Assembly: GCA_965221655.1 (NCBI GenBank)
Contig: OZ244906.1
Span: forward strand, 173,339-237,338
Direction of reading: 5' to 3'
Length of the DNA stretch: 64,000 nt
From: a bacterium
Lineage (GTDB): Bacteria; UBA8248
Shown: piece after piece, positions 20,335-29,165 of the stretch
Layout of the letters: each line of letters begins with the position of its first letter
Position numbering within the stretch: the stretch's first letter is position 1
Made by a program: the position numbers and the translations under genes
The notes under the pieces: generated by a model
Seen by the model: the letters and a program-made list of their open reading frames with translations, nothing else
What the model was told of the DNA's origin: nothing
The model's database searches: none

Positions 20335-20467
20335 GCCGTATCCTCGGCTTGTGATGAAGCGCGTTTGCTGTAACCTGACTCTGGTAGCCCATTACTAGAA
20401 CTTTGCGGTGGGCGTGTCAACGCGCGGGGGCTGCAAACCGCCTGCGCGCTCTCGAGGGAGGCTGAGC

Positions 20468-21010
20468 ATGGGCAGATGGTGCGTGCCTCTGGCGAGGAGC
20501 CTCACGCTCGGGCGCGTCGCGGCGACGCCCGCGTTCGTGTGGGTCTGGATGCGGCTCGAGGCCGCCCCGCAGGAGGGCGCCGCTCGCCTCGCGCTGCTCG
20601 CCATCTACGTCTACGCGGTGGCGAGCGATTTGGGCGACGGCCCGCTGGCGCGGCGTGGGGGTGCGGTGCGCGCGTCCTGGGGGCGGCTGGACGCCTTCTC
20701 GGACGTGGCCTTTAACGCCGCCGCCCTCGCGGTTGCCGCATGGACGGGGCGCATCGGCCCCTGGGCGGCGCTGGGCGTCGCGGCGCTGGGGGGGAGGTTT
20801 TTGTGGCGCTGCCGAAGCCTGCCCGAAGGCGCGGCCCTGCCCGAGGACGGGCCGGGCAAGTGGGCGGGCGTCGCGTTCTACGCGCTGGTGGGCGCGCTGG
20901 TCGCGGACGCCGCCTTCGCCCCGCCGGGGCTGGGGAGTCTGCTGCCCTGGCTCGCGAACCTGGCCTTTTTCTACACGCTGTGCCTTCTGCTCAGACCCGC
21001 ACCGCGCTAG
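20468..21010 (+). CDS. CDP-alcohol phosphatidyltransferase-family membrane protein
   Basis: D-L-G-D-G-P-L-A-R-R-G-G-...-G-R-L-D-A-F-S-D resembles the DG(x2)AR(x8)G(x3)D(x3)D motif. Hydrophobic. Ribosome-binding site GGGAGG with a 6-nt spacer. Confidence 0.6.
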   Translation: MGRWCVPLARSLTLGRVAATPAFVWVWMRLEAAPQEGAARLALLAIYVYAVASDLGDGPLARRGGAVRASWGRLDAFSDVAFNAAALAVAAWTGRIGPWAALGVAALGGRFLWRCRSLPEGAALPEDGPGKWAGVAFYALVGALVADAAFAPPGLGSLLPWLANLAFFYTLCLLLRPAPR

Positions 21011-21953
21011 CGCGCCCCTTGCCGAACAGGTCCGCATACGCCTTGGGCATGAAGAGCAGGCCGATGGTTCCGTTCGCCAGCATGAAGGTGAGGTGCGAGA
21101 CGAGACTGTAGGCGAGCAGGTCGGCCTCCGCCGCGTAGTCCTGGAAGAAGAAAATCCACGCGGCCTGCGAGGTGCCCAGGTGCGCCACCGTGACGGGCAG
21201 GGCGCCTATCATGAAGACGAGGGGCAGGAACGTCAGAAGCCGGATAAGCGGTATGTCGATGCCGAAGAGCGTGAGCGCGTATTTGTGCACGAACAAGGAG
21301 AGCAGAAACACGCTGCCCTTGAGCGCCAGGACGATGAGCACCTGGCCGGGGCGAATCGCCCGGAACGTCTGCAGCAGGGTGTGGCTCCCGATTTTTCTGC
21401 CCAGGGCTCCCAGACCGCCGCGCGCCACCCGCGTTATGAGCAGCCAGAACGCCGCGAGCCCCACCGGCAGGGCGAAGAGAACGGGCGGCGCTCCGCCCGG
21501 GAAGGCGAGCAGCCCGATGGTGGCGAACGAGAGGAGGTTCGTCACCTCCAGGAGGATGAGCGTGGCGACGGTGCTCGTGATCTCCGCGAGCGGGGTGGAG
21601 AACCGGCGGTGAAAATACAGCGCGAGCGCCACCTGGGCGAGCTGCGTGTTAATGATGGAGACGACGTAGGTAACCGCCCGCACGGGGAGCAGCGTCGGGA
21701 AGGTGAGCGGACCGTGGAACCAGCGAATCATGCGGCTTAAGACGAAGGTGTCCATCAAGAAAAAGCAGATGGAAAAGCACGCCATGAGCGTGAGAAAGGG
21801 TGCGAGCCGCGCCTTCGATATGGCGAGGGCGAACTCGTGGAAGGGAATGCGCCAGAAGATAACGAGAAAGATGACGATGGTGAGCACAATGGGGATGATG
21901 CGCCCCGCCCTGCTCGTCTGGTGTGCGGCTTGCCCGGTTGTTCGTTCGTCCAA
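20991..21953 (-). CDS. Lysylphosphatidylglycerol-synthase-like/UPF0104 flippase-like multi-pass membrane protein
   Basis: Hydrophobic multi-helix protein (...IIPIVLTIVIFLVIFWRIPFHEFALAISKARLAPFL...). The N-terminal 111 residues of the listed ORF are spurious. Best start is TTG at 21953 after GGGGAG with an 8-nt spacer. Confidence 0.6.
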   Translation of the reverse strand: MDERTTGQAAHQTSRAGRIIPIVLTIVIFLVIFWRIPFHEFALAISKARLAPFLTLMACFSICFFLMDTFVLSRMIRWFHGPLTFPTLLPVRAVTYVVSIINTQLAQVALALYFHRRFSTPLAEITSTVATLILLEVTNLLSFATIGLLAFPGGAPPVLFALPVGLAAFWLLITRVARGGLGALGRKIGSHTLLQTFRAIRPGQVLIVLALKGSVFLLSLFVHKYALTLFGIDIPLIRLLTFLPLVFMIGALPVTVAHLGTSQAAWIFFFQDYAAEADLLAYSLVSHLTFMLANGTIGLLFMPKAYADLFGKGRASAVRV

Positions 21954-21976
21954 AGCGTGAGACTCCCCTTGGCGTA

Positions 21977-22855
21977 TCAGGCTTGAGGCGGCAGCGAGAG
22001 GTCGAGCGCCTCGTCCACCCCGGTGCGCGGGATGGGCGGGCCGTCGTCCTCGTAGAGATGTTCGTAGAAAACGACGTCGTACACGGTGCGGCCCATGGGC
22101 GAGGAGGGCGCGACCTTGCCGATGATGGTCGAGACCAGCCGGCCCAACCCCCGGGGAATGGGCACGATGCGCGGCTGCCTGCCCAGCCTGCGCCCCGCGC
22201 GGCGCAGGAGGTCGGCGTAGGGCAGGGTGTCCGGCCCGAGGAGGTGCATGACCCGCAGCGGCTCCTCCGTGTGGAGCAGCGCCCACTCGATGGCGCGCAC
22301 CACGTCGCCCACGTATACGGGCTGTATGCGCACGCGGCCCCCCGCCACCAGGGGTGTGAGCGCCGCGCTTGTGAGCCTGTGCATCTGCCGCACCGCGGGG
22401 GTGTCGGCCCCCAGTATCATCGGAACGCGAAACACCGCGCCCCTCGTGAAGTTTTGGCGAACCAGCGCCTCGGCCTGTCCCTTGGTGCGCAGATATTCGT
22501 TGGAAGAATCGGGGTCGGCACCGGGGAAGCTCAGATAAACAAAGCGCTCGACCCCCCGGGCGAGGCTCGCCTCCACCACGTTGCGGGTGATGGCGAGGTT
22601 CGATTCGGCAAGCGAATCACCACTTCTGGGAACCAGCGCACCCGCAAGATGCGCTACGCCGCGCGCGCCCTTGAGAGCATCCTCCAGACTTTGCGCGTCC
22701 GCGTAGTTCACCTCCACCACTTCGGCGGGCAGGCCGCGCAGGTTTTCCGCCCGCGCAGCGCTTCGCACGAGTGCCCTGGGGCGGGCGTCCGCGCCCAGGC
22801 GTTCGATGAGTGCGCGCCCGACGGCGCCGTTCGCGCCCGTGATGGCGATGTCGAT
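21977..22855 (-). CDS. NAD(P)-dependent epimerase/dehydratase (NmrA/atypical SDR-like), start codon uncertain
   Basis: The Rossmann motif IDIAITGANGAVGRALIERL is encoded in frame upstream of the first listed start (22768). The only start with ribosome-binding-site support is ATC at about 22855 (GGGAGG-cgaacc-ATC). Confidence 0.65.
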   Translation of the reverse strand: MDIAITGANGAVGRALIERLGADARPRALVRSAARAENLRGLPAEVVEVNYADAQSLEDALKGARGVAHLAGALVPRSGDSLAESNLAITRNVVEASLARGVERFVYLSFPGADPDSSNEYLRTKGQAEALVRQNFTRGAVFRVPMILGADTPAVRQMHRLTSAALTPLVAGGRVRIQPVYVGDVVRAIEWALLHTEEPLRVMHLLGPDTLPYADLLRRAGRRLGRQPRIVPIPRGLGRLVSTIIGKVAPSSPMGRTVYDVVFYEHLYEDDGPPIPRTGVDEALDLSLPPQA

Positions 22856-22875
22856 GGTTCGCCTCCCGCGCGTGC

Positions 22876-24102
22876 CTATACCGTGAGGAGCCTATGCGTT
22901 GGCGCCGTCATTCTCTCGATGGGCAGCCCGTGGGTGCAGGAGCCCGCGCACGCCTGGTGGGTGCAGTCCAGGCAAGCCCCCGCGCCTGCCCCCAGCAGGG
23001 AGTACTCCGCCCGGGCGAGGCGCAGGTCGCGATAGTCCCGCGCGTACATGCGGGTGCGCAGCACGTCGGCGATGGGCACGTTTTCCGGACACGCCCCCGC
23101 GCAGTCGTTGCACGCATGGAGGCAGTAGGAGGCGCCGTTCAGCTGTGCGTATTTCTTGAGAATCGGCAGGTCGCGGCGCGAGGTGCGCTTCCAGCCCGAA
23201 CCGCCCAGGAATTCGGTGATGCGCTCTTTGCTCGTCATCGAGATGACGAGGGCGTCCACGTTGGGGTTCGACAGCACCCAGCGGAAGGCGGCCTGCGCGT
23301 AGGTGGCGCCCCCCTGCTCGTAGGGCCGCATGTCGTTGAGGCGCGCGCCCATGAGCGTCTTCATGGCGACGACGCCGATGCCCGCGGCCTTCGCCCGCTC
23401 GAGCGTGCGGGGGAGTGTGGGGAAGCGGGCGATGAAGTCGAAGCCCCGCGTAAAGCGCTGGTAGAAGGCCGGGTCCTGCCCGAAGTTGTAGGCCACGAGG
23501 AACACGTCCACCGCGTTGTGATCGACACAATACTCGAGGCACTCGATGAGGTTGCCCGCGTGGCCAGACATGCCTGAGTACCTGATTTTCCCCTGCTTCT
23601 TCGCGAGGGCCACGAACTCGCTCCACTCGGGGTTCTTCATCCTGTCCACGTCGTTCACGGCGTGGTTGAAGTAGACGTCCACGTAATCCGTCTGGAGCCT
23701 GCGCAGGCTTTCCTCGAGAGAGCGCATCATCGTCGCCTTGTCCTCGCCCGCGCTCGCGTAGGTTTTCGAGATCAGATAGACCTTGTGGCGCTTGCCCTTC
23801 AGAGCGTTGCCGATGGTGACTTCCGACTCGCCGCCCGTGTAGCTCTCCGCCGTGTCGAAGTAGTTGATACCCGAGTCGAGGGCGTGAAGAACGAGGTCCT
23901 CCTCGCCCGCGCCCAGCCTGCTGCCGCCGAAGGAGACGTCGGACATCGTGATGTCCGTCTTGCCCAGGCGCACGTAGCGGCGCACGCGGTTTTGCGCAGC
24001 ACCTGCAGTGCGGGCCAGGGGCAGCAACCCCGCGCCGACGCCCGCGAAGGCGCTTTTTTTGAGAAAATCGCGTCTCGGCAACAGTTTCGAGCGTTCGCTC
24101 AT
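22876..24102 (-). CDS. Tat-secreted aldo/keto reductase with C-terminal Cys-rich (Fe-S-like) extension
   Basis: Tat motif SKLLPRRDFLKKSAFAGVG. AKR core (GINYFDTAESYTGGESE...). C-terminal CLHACNDCAGACP and CLDCTHQACAGSC motifs. True start is M20 of the listed ORF, after GGGGAGG. Confidence 0.8.
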   Translation of the reverse strand: MSERSKLLPRRDFLKKSAFAGVGAGLLPLARTAGAAQNRVRRYVRLGKTDITMSDVSFGGSRLGAGEEDLVLHALDSGINYFDTAESYTGGESEVTIGNALKGKRHKVYLISKTYASAGEDKATMMRSLEESLRRLQTDYVDVYFNHAVNDVDRMKNPEWSEFVALAKKQGKIRYSGMSGHAGNLIECLEYCVDHNAVDVFLVAYNFGQDPAFYQRFTRGFDFIARFPTLPRTLERAKAAGIGVVAMKTLMGARLNDMRPYEQGGATYAQAAFRWVLSNPNVDALVISMTSKERITEFLGGSGWKRTSRRDLPILKKYAQLNGASYCLHACNDCAGACPENVPIADVLRTRMYARDYRDLRLARAEYSLLGAGAGACLDCTHQACAGSCTHGLPIERMTAPTHRLLTV

Positions 24103-24258
24103 CGTCCATCCTCCCCGGCCAGGTGAACGTTCCCCGCGCGCTTGCAAACGGCGCTGCATCCGATCTCAACCCATTTTCACCATCGGGTCAATAGGCAAAA
24201 TTCTCGTTTGCCGCTGCGTGCCCAAAGCGAGGAGGGGAGCCCGCCGCCACGCGCGCAC

Positions 24259-24804
24259 TTATGAGGCGGCGATGAGCATCAACAACGCGGCGGCTATCGC
24301 CGCCAGGATCACCAGCTTGCACCCGCACCCGAGGGCAGACCTCTTCTTCTTCCCGCGTCCCGGTGCGGATCTCCCTTCCGTGAAAACGCGCTCAAAGGGA
24401 ATCGGTTCCACGCCGGTGATCTCACAAAAACGCTCCTCGCTTTGGTCTCTCAGCGACTTGAGGGCTGCCTCGAATTGCGCGGCTTCCGTGCGGGTGGACA
24501 GGGGGCCGGACTGCCAAATCAGTTTCGGGTCGCCGTGGGCGGTGGAGGGAACTTCTCCCTCGCGGTGGGCGCGCAGACGCCCCCGCACGTGGGCGGTGTG
24601 TCCGACGTAGTGGCCGTAGTGGGTCTCGAGCACGTAGACGTAAAACGCACTACGCCCCAGGGCCGCGTCGCGTGCGGCCAGACCCTCGATGCGTTCGGGG
24701 TCGTGCCATCCGCCCCGGCGGCGACGCACGTGGCAGTCGTAGCAGCGGACGTAGCCGCTGCCCATCGGCCCTCCGCAATCGGGGCAAACCCTCGATGCGC
24801 ACAC
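24259..24804 (-). CDS. GIY-YIG nuclease-domain protein with N-terminal zinc ribbon and C-terminal transmembrane helix
   Basis: N-terminal CPDCGG...CYDCH zinc ribbon. GIY-YIG core FYVYVLETHYGHYVGHTAHVRGRLRAHREG. C-terminal KLVILAAIAAALLMLIAAS hydrophobic helix. Confidence 0.55.
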   Translation of the reverse strand: MCASRVCPDCGGPMGSGYVRCYDCHVRRRRGGWHDPERIEGLAARDAALGRSAFYVYVLETHYGHYVGHTAHVRGRLRAHREGEVPSTAHGDPKLIWQSGPLSTRTEAAQFEAALKSLRDQSEERFCEITGVEPIPFERVFTEGRSAPGRGKKKRSALGCGCKLVILAAIAAALLMLIAAS

Positions 24805-24820
24805 GCAGCCGCCCGGTCCC

Positions 24821-26053
24821 CTATGCGTCGATGATGCGGAAGGTTCTGTCCTGGGGAATCAGCGGCTCCCAGCCGTTTTCCTTCACGATGACCGAGTACT
24901 CGATCTGGTATCCGCCGTAGCCGAACGTGCCCACCGGGGCTTCGATGTTGATCACCGAATCGACGGGCAGGGGAATTTCCGAGGTTTCGGGATAAAACGG
25001 CTGCTCGTGTCTGGATTCCGGCCCCATGATGAAGGGAAACTCGCGCGCCTCGAGCCCCACCGTGTGGCCCGCGAAGGGGGCGTCGAACTCCGGGAAGCGC
25101 GACTGAATGCCCCGCAGCAGCGCCTGGTATATCTGGTTGCCCGTACAGCCCGCCTTGATGACGTCCAGGCACTCGTGAAAGCCCTCCTCGATGCCCTTCC
25201 ACTCGCGCAGCGTCTGCGCGCTCGGCTCGCCGATGGAGCCGCAGCTGCCCGTGTCGGCGTTGTAGTTGCGGTAGAAGAGCCCTGCGTCGAACATGAAGTG
25301 GTCGCCGCGCTCGAGCTTTCTCTCCGTGGGCGGGAAGATAAAGACGCTCCTGGGGCCGCTGTTGAAGTGGAACCAGTGCCACATGCCGCCGGGCTTCGCC
25401 ACGGCCTCGCGCCAGACCTCGGCCACCTCGCGCTCGCTCACGCCCGCGCGCACGAAGTCGAACACCCGGCCGATGGCGTCTTCGTTCACCTGCGCCGCCT
25501 CGCGCAGGCGCTCGAGTTCTTCCGCCGTCTTGACGAGCCGCGTCATCAAAAACAGGCCCGAGCCGGGGATGAACTCGCAATTCGGCAGCTTCTCTCTGAG
25601 TGCGGCGAACAGGCTGTCCGGACAACCCTCCTCATCCAGGGCGATTCTGCCCGAGGTGATGCCGCGGGCCTTAAGCGCCGCGAGGAGCCCGTCGAGCAGG
25701 GTGGCGTGCTTCGCCCCGCTCTCGTGGAGTGCGCGGTACCGGCGCATCTCCTCGTCGTGGGCTTCGTAGCCTGCGGGTTCGATGTGATACGCCTGCCCGC
25801 CCCAGACGTAGACGTTCTCGGCGTGTCCGCCGTAGGCGGCGTAATAGGTGTTGTCCGCGCGGTTCATGATGAGGTCGGTGCCCGCTCCTGGGTCGTTCGC
25901 CATCACGGCGTAGCTCTTGCGCGCGCGGTAGACGCGCTGCGCCCAGCCGATGTGGCCCGTCAGGTAGGTTACGTTCTCAAGCGTCGTGCCGATCATCGCG
26001 ACGACGTCGTTCTCCCGCATCAGTTCCAGTGCGCGCTGCCTGTTGTAGAGCAT
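24821..26053 (-). CDS. M24-family metallopeptidase (creatinase/Xaa-Pro aminopeptidase-like)
   Basis: N-terminal creatinase-like domain. C-terminal pita-bread fold with HTVGLEAREFP and IEYSVIVKENGWEPL. Probable start MLYNRQRALELM (26053) after TGGAGA. Confidence 0.8.
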   Translation of the reverse strand: MLYNRQRALELMRENDVVAMIGTTLENVTYLTGHIGWAQRVYRARKSYAVMANDPGAGTDLIMNRADNTYYAAYGGHAENVYVWGGQAYHIEPAGYEAHDEEMRRYRALHESGAKHATLLDGLLAALKARGITSGRIALDEEGCPDSLFAALREKLPNCEFIPGSGLFLMTRLVKTAEELERLREAAQVNEDAIGRVFDFVRAGVSEREVAEVWREAVAKPGGMWHWFHFNSGPRSVFIFPPTERKLERGDHFMFDAGLFYRNYNADTGSCGSIGEPSAQTLREWKGIEEGFHECLDVIKAGCTGNQIYQALLRGIQSRFPEFDAPFAGHTVGLEAREFPFIMGPESRHEQPFYPETSEIPLPVDSVINIEAPVGTFGYGGYQIEYSVIVKENGWEPLIPQDRTFRIIDA

Positions 26054-26184
26054 GGCGTTCTCCAGGGGGTCATGGAAAAAGGTGTATGCGGCCAAGCGTC
26101 CCGATGCCGCATATGTAGCACAACCCCCGCGCGCCGCGCGAGGCGGGAGGGCCTTGACACGAACGCCGCGAAACGCAAGGGTTT

Positions 26185-26505
26185 GGTGCTGCGTGCGTTG
26201 GACATCAGGCTGTGTTTCGCGGAGCGGAGACTGCGCAGAGAGGAGCCGGGCGCGCGGGGCAGAGTATGCTGCGTGCGTCGGACGTCAGCCCGTGTTTTGT
26301 GAGGCGAAGGCCGCGCGGGGAGCAATCGACCGCGCGGGGCGGAGCATACTTCGTGCGCCAGGCGGCGGATCGTGTTTTGTGAGGCGAAGGCCAAGCGGGG
26401 AGTGGCGCTTTGCGGGGAGGAGCCGGGCGCGGGCCCGAACCATGCTTCGCACGTGCCGGAGCAGGGGACGTTCGGCGGAGCGGGACAGCGAGGGGAGGAG
26501 GCGAG
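26185..26505. repeat. Degenerate ~83-bp tandem repeat, 3-4 copies, in a divergent intergenic region
   Basis: The units share blocks such as (c)atgcttcgtgcg...ggacgtc...CGTGTTTTGTGAGGCGAAGGCC...gcggggag... About 75% identity between copies, with a 22-nt identical core in copies 2 and 3. Confidence 0.5.
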
Positions 26506-26506
26506 C

Positions 26507-27082
26507 GTGGAACTGGATCGTGCGCGTGCCGAAGCGCTTTTGTTCGAGTGGACGAAAAGCCCGAACCTCAGGGCGCACGCCCGGGCGGTGGAGGCCGCAC
26601 TGCGCGCCTACGCGCGCAGGTTCGGGGAGGACGAGGAGCTCTGGGGCATCACGGGCCTGCTCCACGACATGGACTACGAGAAGCACCCCACGCCCGAGGA
26701 GCACCCCGAGACCGGCTGCGCGGTGCTGCGCGAGGCGGGCTATCCCGAGGAGATGATACAGGCGATTCTCGGGCACGCGCAGTATCTCGGCGTGGTGCGG
26801 GAGACGCGCCTGGCCCGCGCGCTTTTCGCCGTGGACGAACTGGTGGGCCTCATCACCGCCGTTGCGCTGGTGAACCCCGCGAAGGACGTGCGCGCGGTGA
26901 AGCCGAAAAGCGTGCGCAAAAAATGGAAGGACAAGGCCTTCGCCCGGGGCGTGGACCGCGGCGACGTGGAAAGGGGCGCGGCCGAACTCGGCGTGCCGCT
27001 CGATGAGCACGTCGCCTTCACGCTCGAGGCCATGCAGGGGGCGGCGGCCGAGCTGGGGCTCGACGGCGCGCTCGCGCGTTGA
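26507..27082 (+). CDS. HD-domain (HDIG) metal-dependent phosphohydrolase
   Basis: ...ITGLLHDMDYEKHPTPEEHPETGCAVLREAGYPEEMIQAILGHAQY... carries the H-D signature. GTG start at 26507 after GGGGAGGAGG. The longer ORF starting at 26372 runs through the repeat tract. Confidence 0.7.
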   Translation: MELDRARAEALLFEWTKSPNLRAHARAVEAALRAYARRFGEDEELWGITGLLHDMDYEKHPTPEEHPETGCAVLREAGYPEEMIQAILGHAQYLGVVRETRLARALFAVDELVGLITAVALVNPAKDVRAVKPKSVRKKWKDKAFARGVDRGDVERGAAELGVPLDEHVAFTLEAMQGAAAELGLDGALAR

Positions 27083-27123
27083 GGCGCGGCCGGATTTTTT
27101 TATGAAAAAAATTTTATTTTGCG

Positions 27124-27152
27124 TTGACGGGCCGCAAGGTTTTGCGCATAAT
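27124..27152 (+). promoter_or_regulatory. sigma70-like promoter with AT-rich UP-like element upstream of korA
   Basis: TTGACG, 17 nt spacer, CATAAT. It is preceded by ggatttttttatgaaaaaaattttatttt and lies about 155 nt upstream of the korA ATG. Confidence 0.4.
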
Positions 27153-27307
27153 CGGCGGTCGGCTGAACGGTCAACCAAACACATCGCTCGTACACGGAAT
27201 GGACATCGGCGAAGACATGCGCTACACACGGCGTTTCGCAACGATGAGAATCCCTCCTGAAAGCGCTCCCACACCAGAGTCGAACAAGATAGAGGACATC
27301 CGAAACG

Positions 27308-29164
27308 ATGGCTGAATCTTCACGTAAAAACGGGGCTGCAAAGCAGCTGGTCGAACTCGAAACGGTGGCGATTCGCTTCGCGGGCGACTCCGGCGACGGA
27401 ATGCAGCTCACGGGCGACAGGTTCACGAACGCGGCGGCCATCGCCGGCAACGACCTGAGCACGTTTCCCGACTTTCCCGCCGAGATTCGCGCGCCCGTGG
27501 GCACCCTGGCGGGCGTGAGCGGATTCCAGATCAACTTCTCGAGCAAGGACATCCACACGCCGGGCGACGCCGTGGACGTTCTCGTGGCGATGAACCCCGC
27601 CGCGCTCAAGACCAGCATCGGCGACCTCAAGAGCGGCGGCATCGTCATCGCCAACGTGGACAACTTCGGCGCGAAGAACCTCCAGAAGGCGGGCTATGAG
27701 TCCAACCCGCTTGAGGATGAGGATTTTCAGAACAACTACCAGGTGCACGAGGTGAAGATTACCTCCATGACGCGCCAGGCGCTCGAGGACATGGAGCTGC
27801 AGTCGAACCTCGCCGACAGGTGCAAGAACTTCTTCGCCCTGGGGCTGATGTACTGGATGTATTCGCGCCCCCTCGAGCCGACCCGCCAATGGATAGAGGA
27901 GAAGTTCGGCAAGCGCCCCGAGTTCGTCCAGGCCAACACGCGCGCCCTTGAGGCGGGGTATTTCTTCGGCGAGAACACCGAGGTCTTTACCAGCAACTAC
28001 ATCGTGCGCGAGGCGACCTACCCGGCGGGCAGATACCGCAACATATCGGGCAACGTGGCCCTGGCCTACGGCTTCATCGCCGCGACGAAGAAGATGGGCC
28101 TGAACCTTTTCTGGGGTGCGTATCCGATAACGCCCGCGAGCGACGTTTTGCACGAGCTCTCGCGCCACAAAAACTTCGGCGTGCACACCTTCCAGGCAGA
28201 AGATGAGATAGCCGCCGTATCCGCGGCCCTGGGAGCCTCCTTCACCGGTGCGCTGGGCGTTACGTGCTCGAGCGGGCCGGGCATCGCGCTCAAGGCCGAG
28301 GCCATGGGGCTGGGCGTGATGACCGAACTCCCCATGGTCATCGCCGACATCCAGCGCGGCGGCCCCAGCACGGGCCTTCCCACCAAGACCGAGCAGGCCG
28401 ACCTGCTCCAGGTGATGTTCGGGCGCAACAGCGAAAGCCCGCTGCCCATCGTGGCGGCGGCGACGCCGGGCGATTGCTTCTGGACGGCCATCGAGGCCTG
28501 CCGCCTGGCGGTCAAGTACATGACGCCCGTGGTGTTGCTGAGCGACGGCTACCTCGCCAACGGCTCGGAGCCCTGGCTGCTGCCCAAGGCGTCGGACATT
28601 CCCGAAATGCCCGTAACCTTCCGCACGGACCCCGAGGGTTTCCTGCCCTATGAGCGCGACCCCGAAACCCTCGCGCGCCCGTGGGCGGTTCCCGGCACGC
28701 CGGGGCTTGAGCACAGAATCGGCGGCATCGAGAAACAAGACGGCACGGGCAACGTCAACTACGAGCCCGAGAACCACGAGTTCATGGTGCGCACGCGCGC
28801 GGCGAAAATCGCAGGCATCGCCAAGGACATCCCGCCTGCCGAGGTCATCGGCGAGAGCAGCGGCAAGGTGCTCGTCATCGGCTGGGGCGGCACCTTCGGC
28901 GCCATCACGGCGGCGGTGGAGGCGCTGCAGGCGCGGGGCGCCTCGGTCTCCCAGGTGCACCTGCGCCACCTCAACCCCTTGCCGGCGAACCTCGAGGAGG
29001 TGATGGCGGGTTTCGAGAAGATTCTCGTGCCCGAGCTCAACATGGGGCAGCTCTCGAAGATGCTGCGCTACGAGTACATGGTCGAGACGATTGGCTTCAA
29101 CAAGATTCAGGGCAAACCCTTCAAGGTCGGAGAACTGATTACCAAGATTGAGGAGCTACTCTGA
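27308..29164 (+). CDS. korA: 2-oxoacid (2-oxoglutarate):ferredoxin oxidoreductase alpha subunit
   Basis: 618 aa. MAESSRKNGAAKQLVELETVAIRFAGDSGDGMQLTGDRFTNAAA... is typical of the KorA/OFOR alpha subunit (fused alpha/gamma architecture). Confidence 0.9.
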   Translation: MAESSRKNGAAKQLVELETVAIRFAGDSGDGMQLTGDRFTNAAAIAGNDLSTFPDFPAEIRAPVGTLAGVSGFQINFSSKDIHTPGDAVDVLVAMNPAALKTSIGDLKSGGIVIANVDNFGAKNLQKAGYESNPLEDEDFQNNYQVHEVKITSMTRQALEDMELQSNLADRCKNFFALGLMYWMYSRPLEPTRQWIEEKFGKRPEFVQANTRALEAGYFFGENTEVFTSNYIVREATYPAGRYRNISGNVALAYGFIAATKKMGLNLFWGAYPITPASDVLHELSRHKNFGVHTFQAEDEIAAVSAALGASFTGALGVTCSSGPGIALKAEAMGLGVMTELPMVIADIQRGGPSTGLPTKTEQADLLQVMFGRNSESPLPIVAAATPGDCFWTAIEACRLAVKYMTPVVLLSDGYLANGSEPWLLPKASDIPEMPVTFRTDPEGFLPYERDPETLARPWAVPGTPGLEHRIGGIEKQDGTGNVNYEPENHEFMVRTRAAKIAGIAKDIPPAEVIGESSGKVLVIGWGGTFGAITAAVEALQARGASVSQVHLRHLNPLPANLEEVMAGFEKILVPELNMGQLSKMLRYEYMVETIGFNKIQGKPFKVGELITKIEELL

Positions 29165-29165
29165 G

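Noticed and set aside
16036-20373. 678-aa and 766-aa plus-strand ORFs
   Set aside because: Antisense to the molybdoenzyme operon genes, whose Cys motifs and TM segments are clear.
26185-26505. Possible CRISPR array
   Set aside because: Units are about 83 bp, contiguous and degenerate, with no unique spacers. There are no cas genes nearby.
27320-28969. 549-aa minus-strand ORF
   Set aside because: Antisense to korA.
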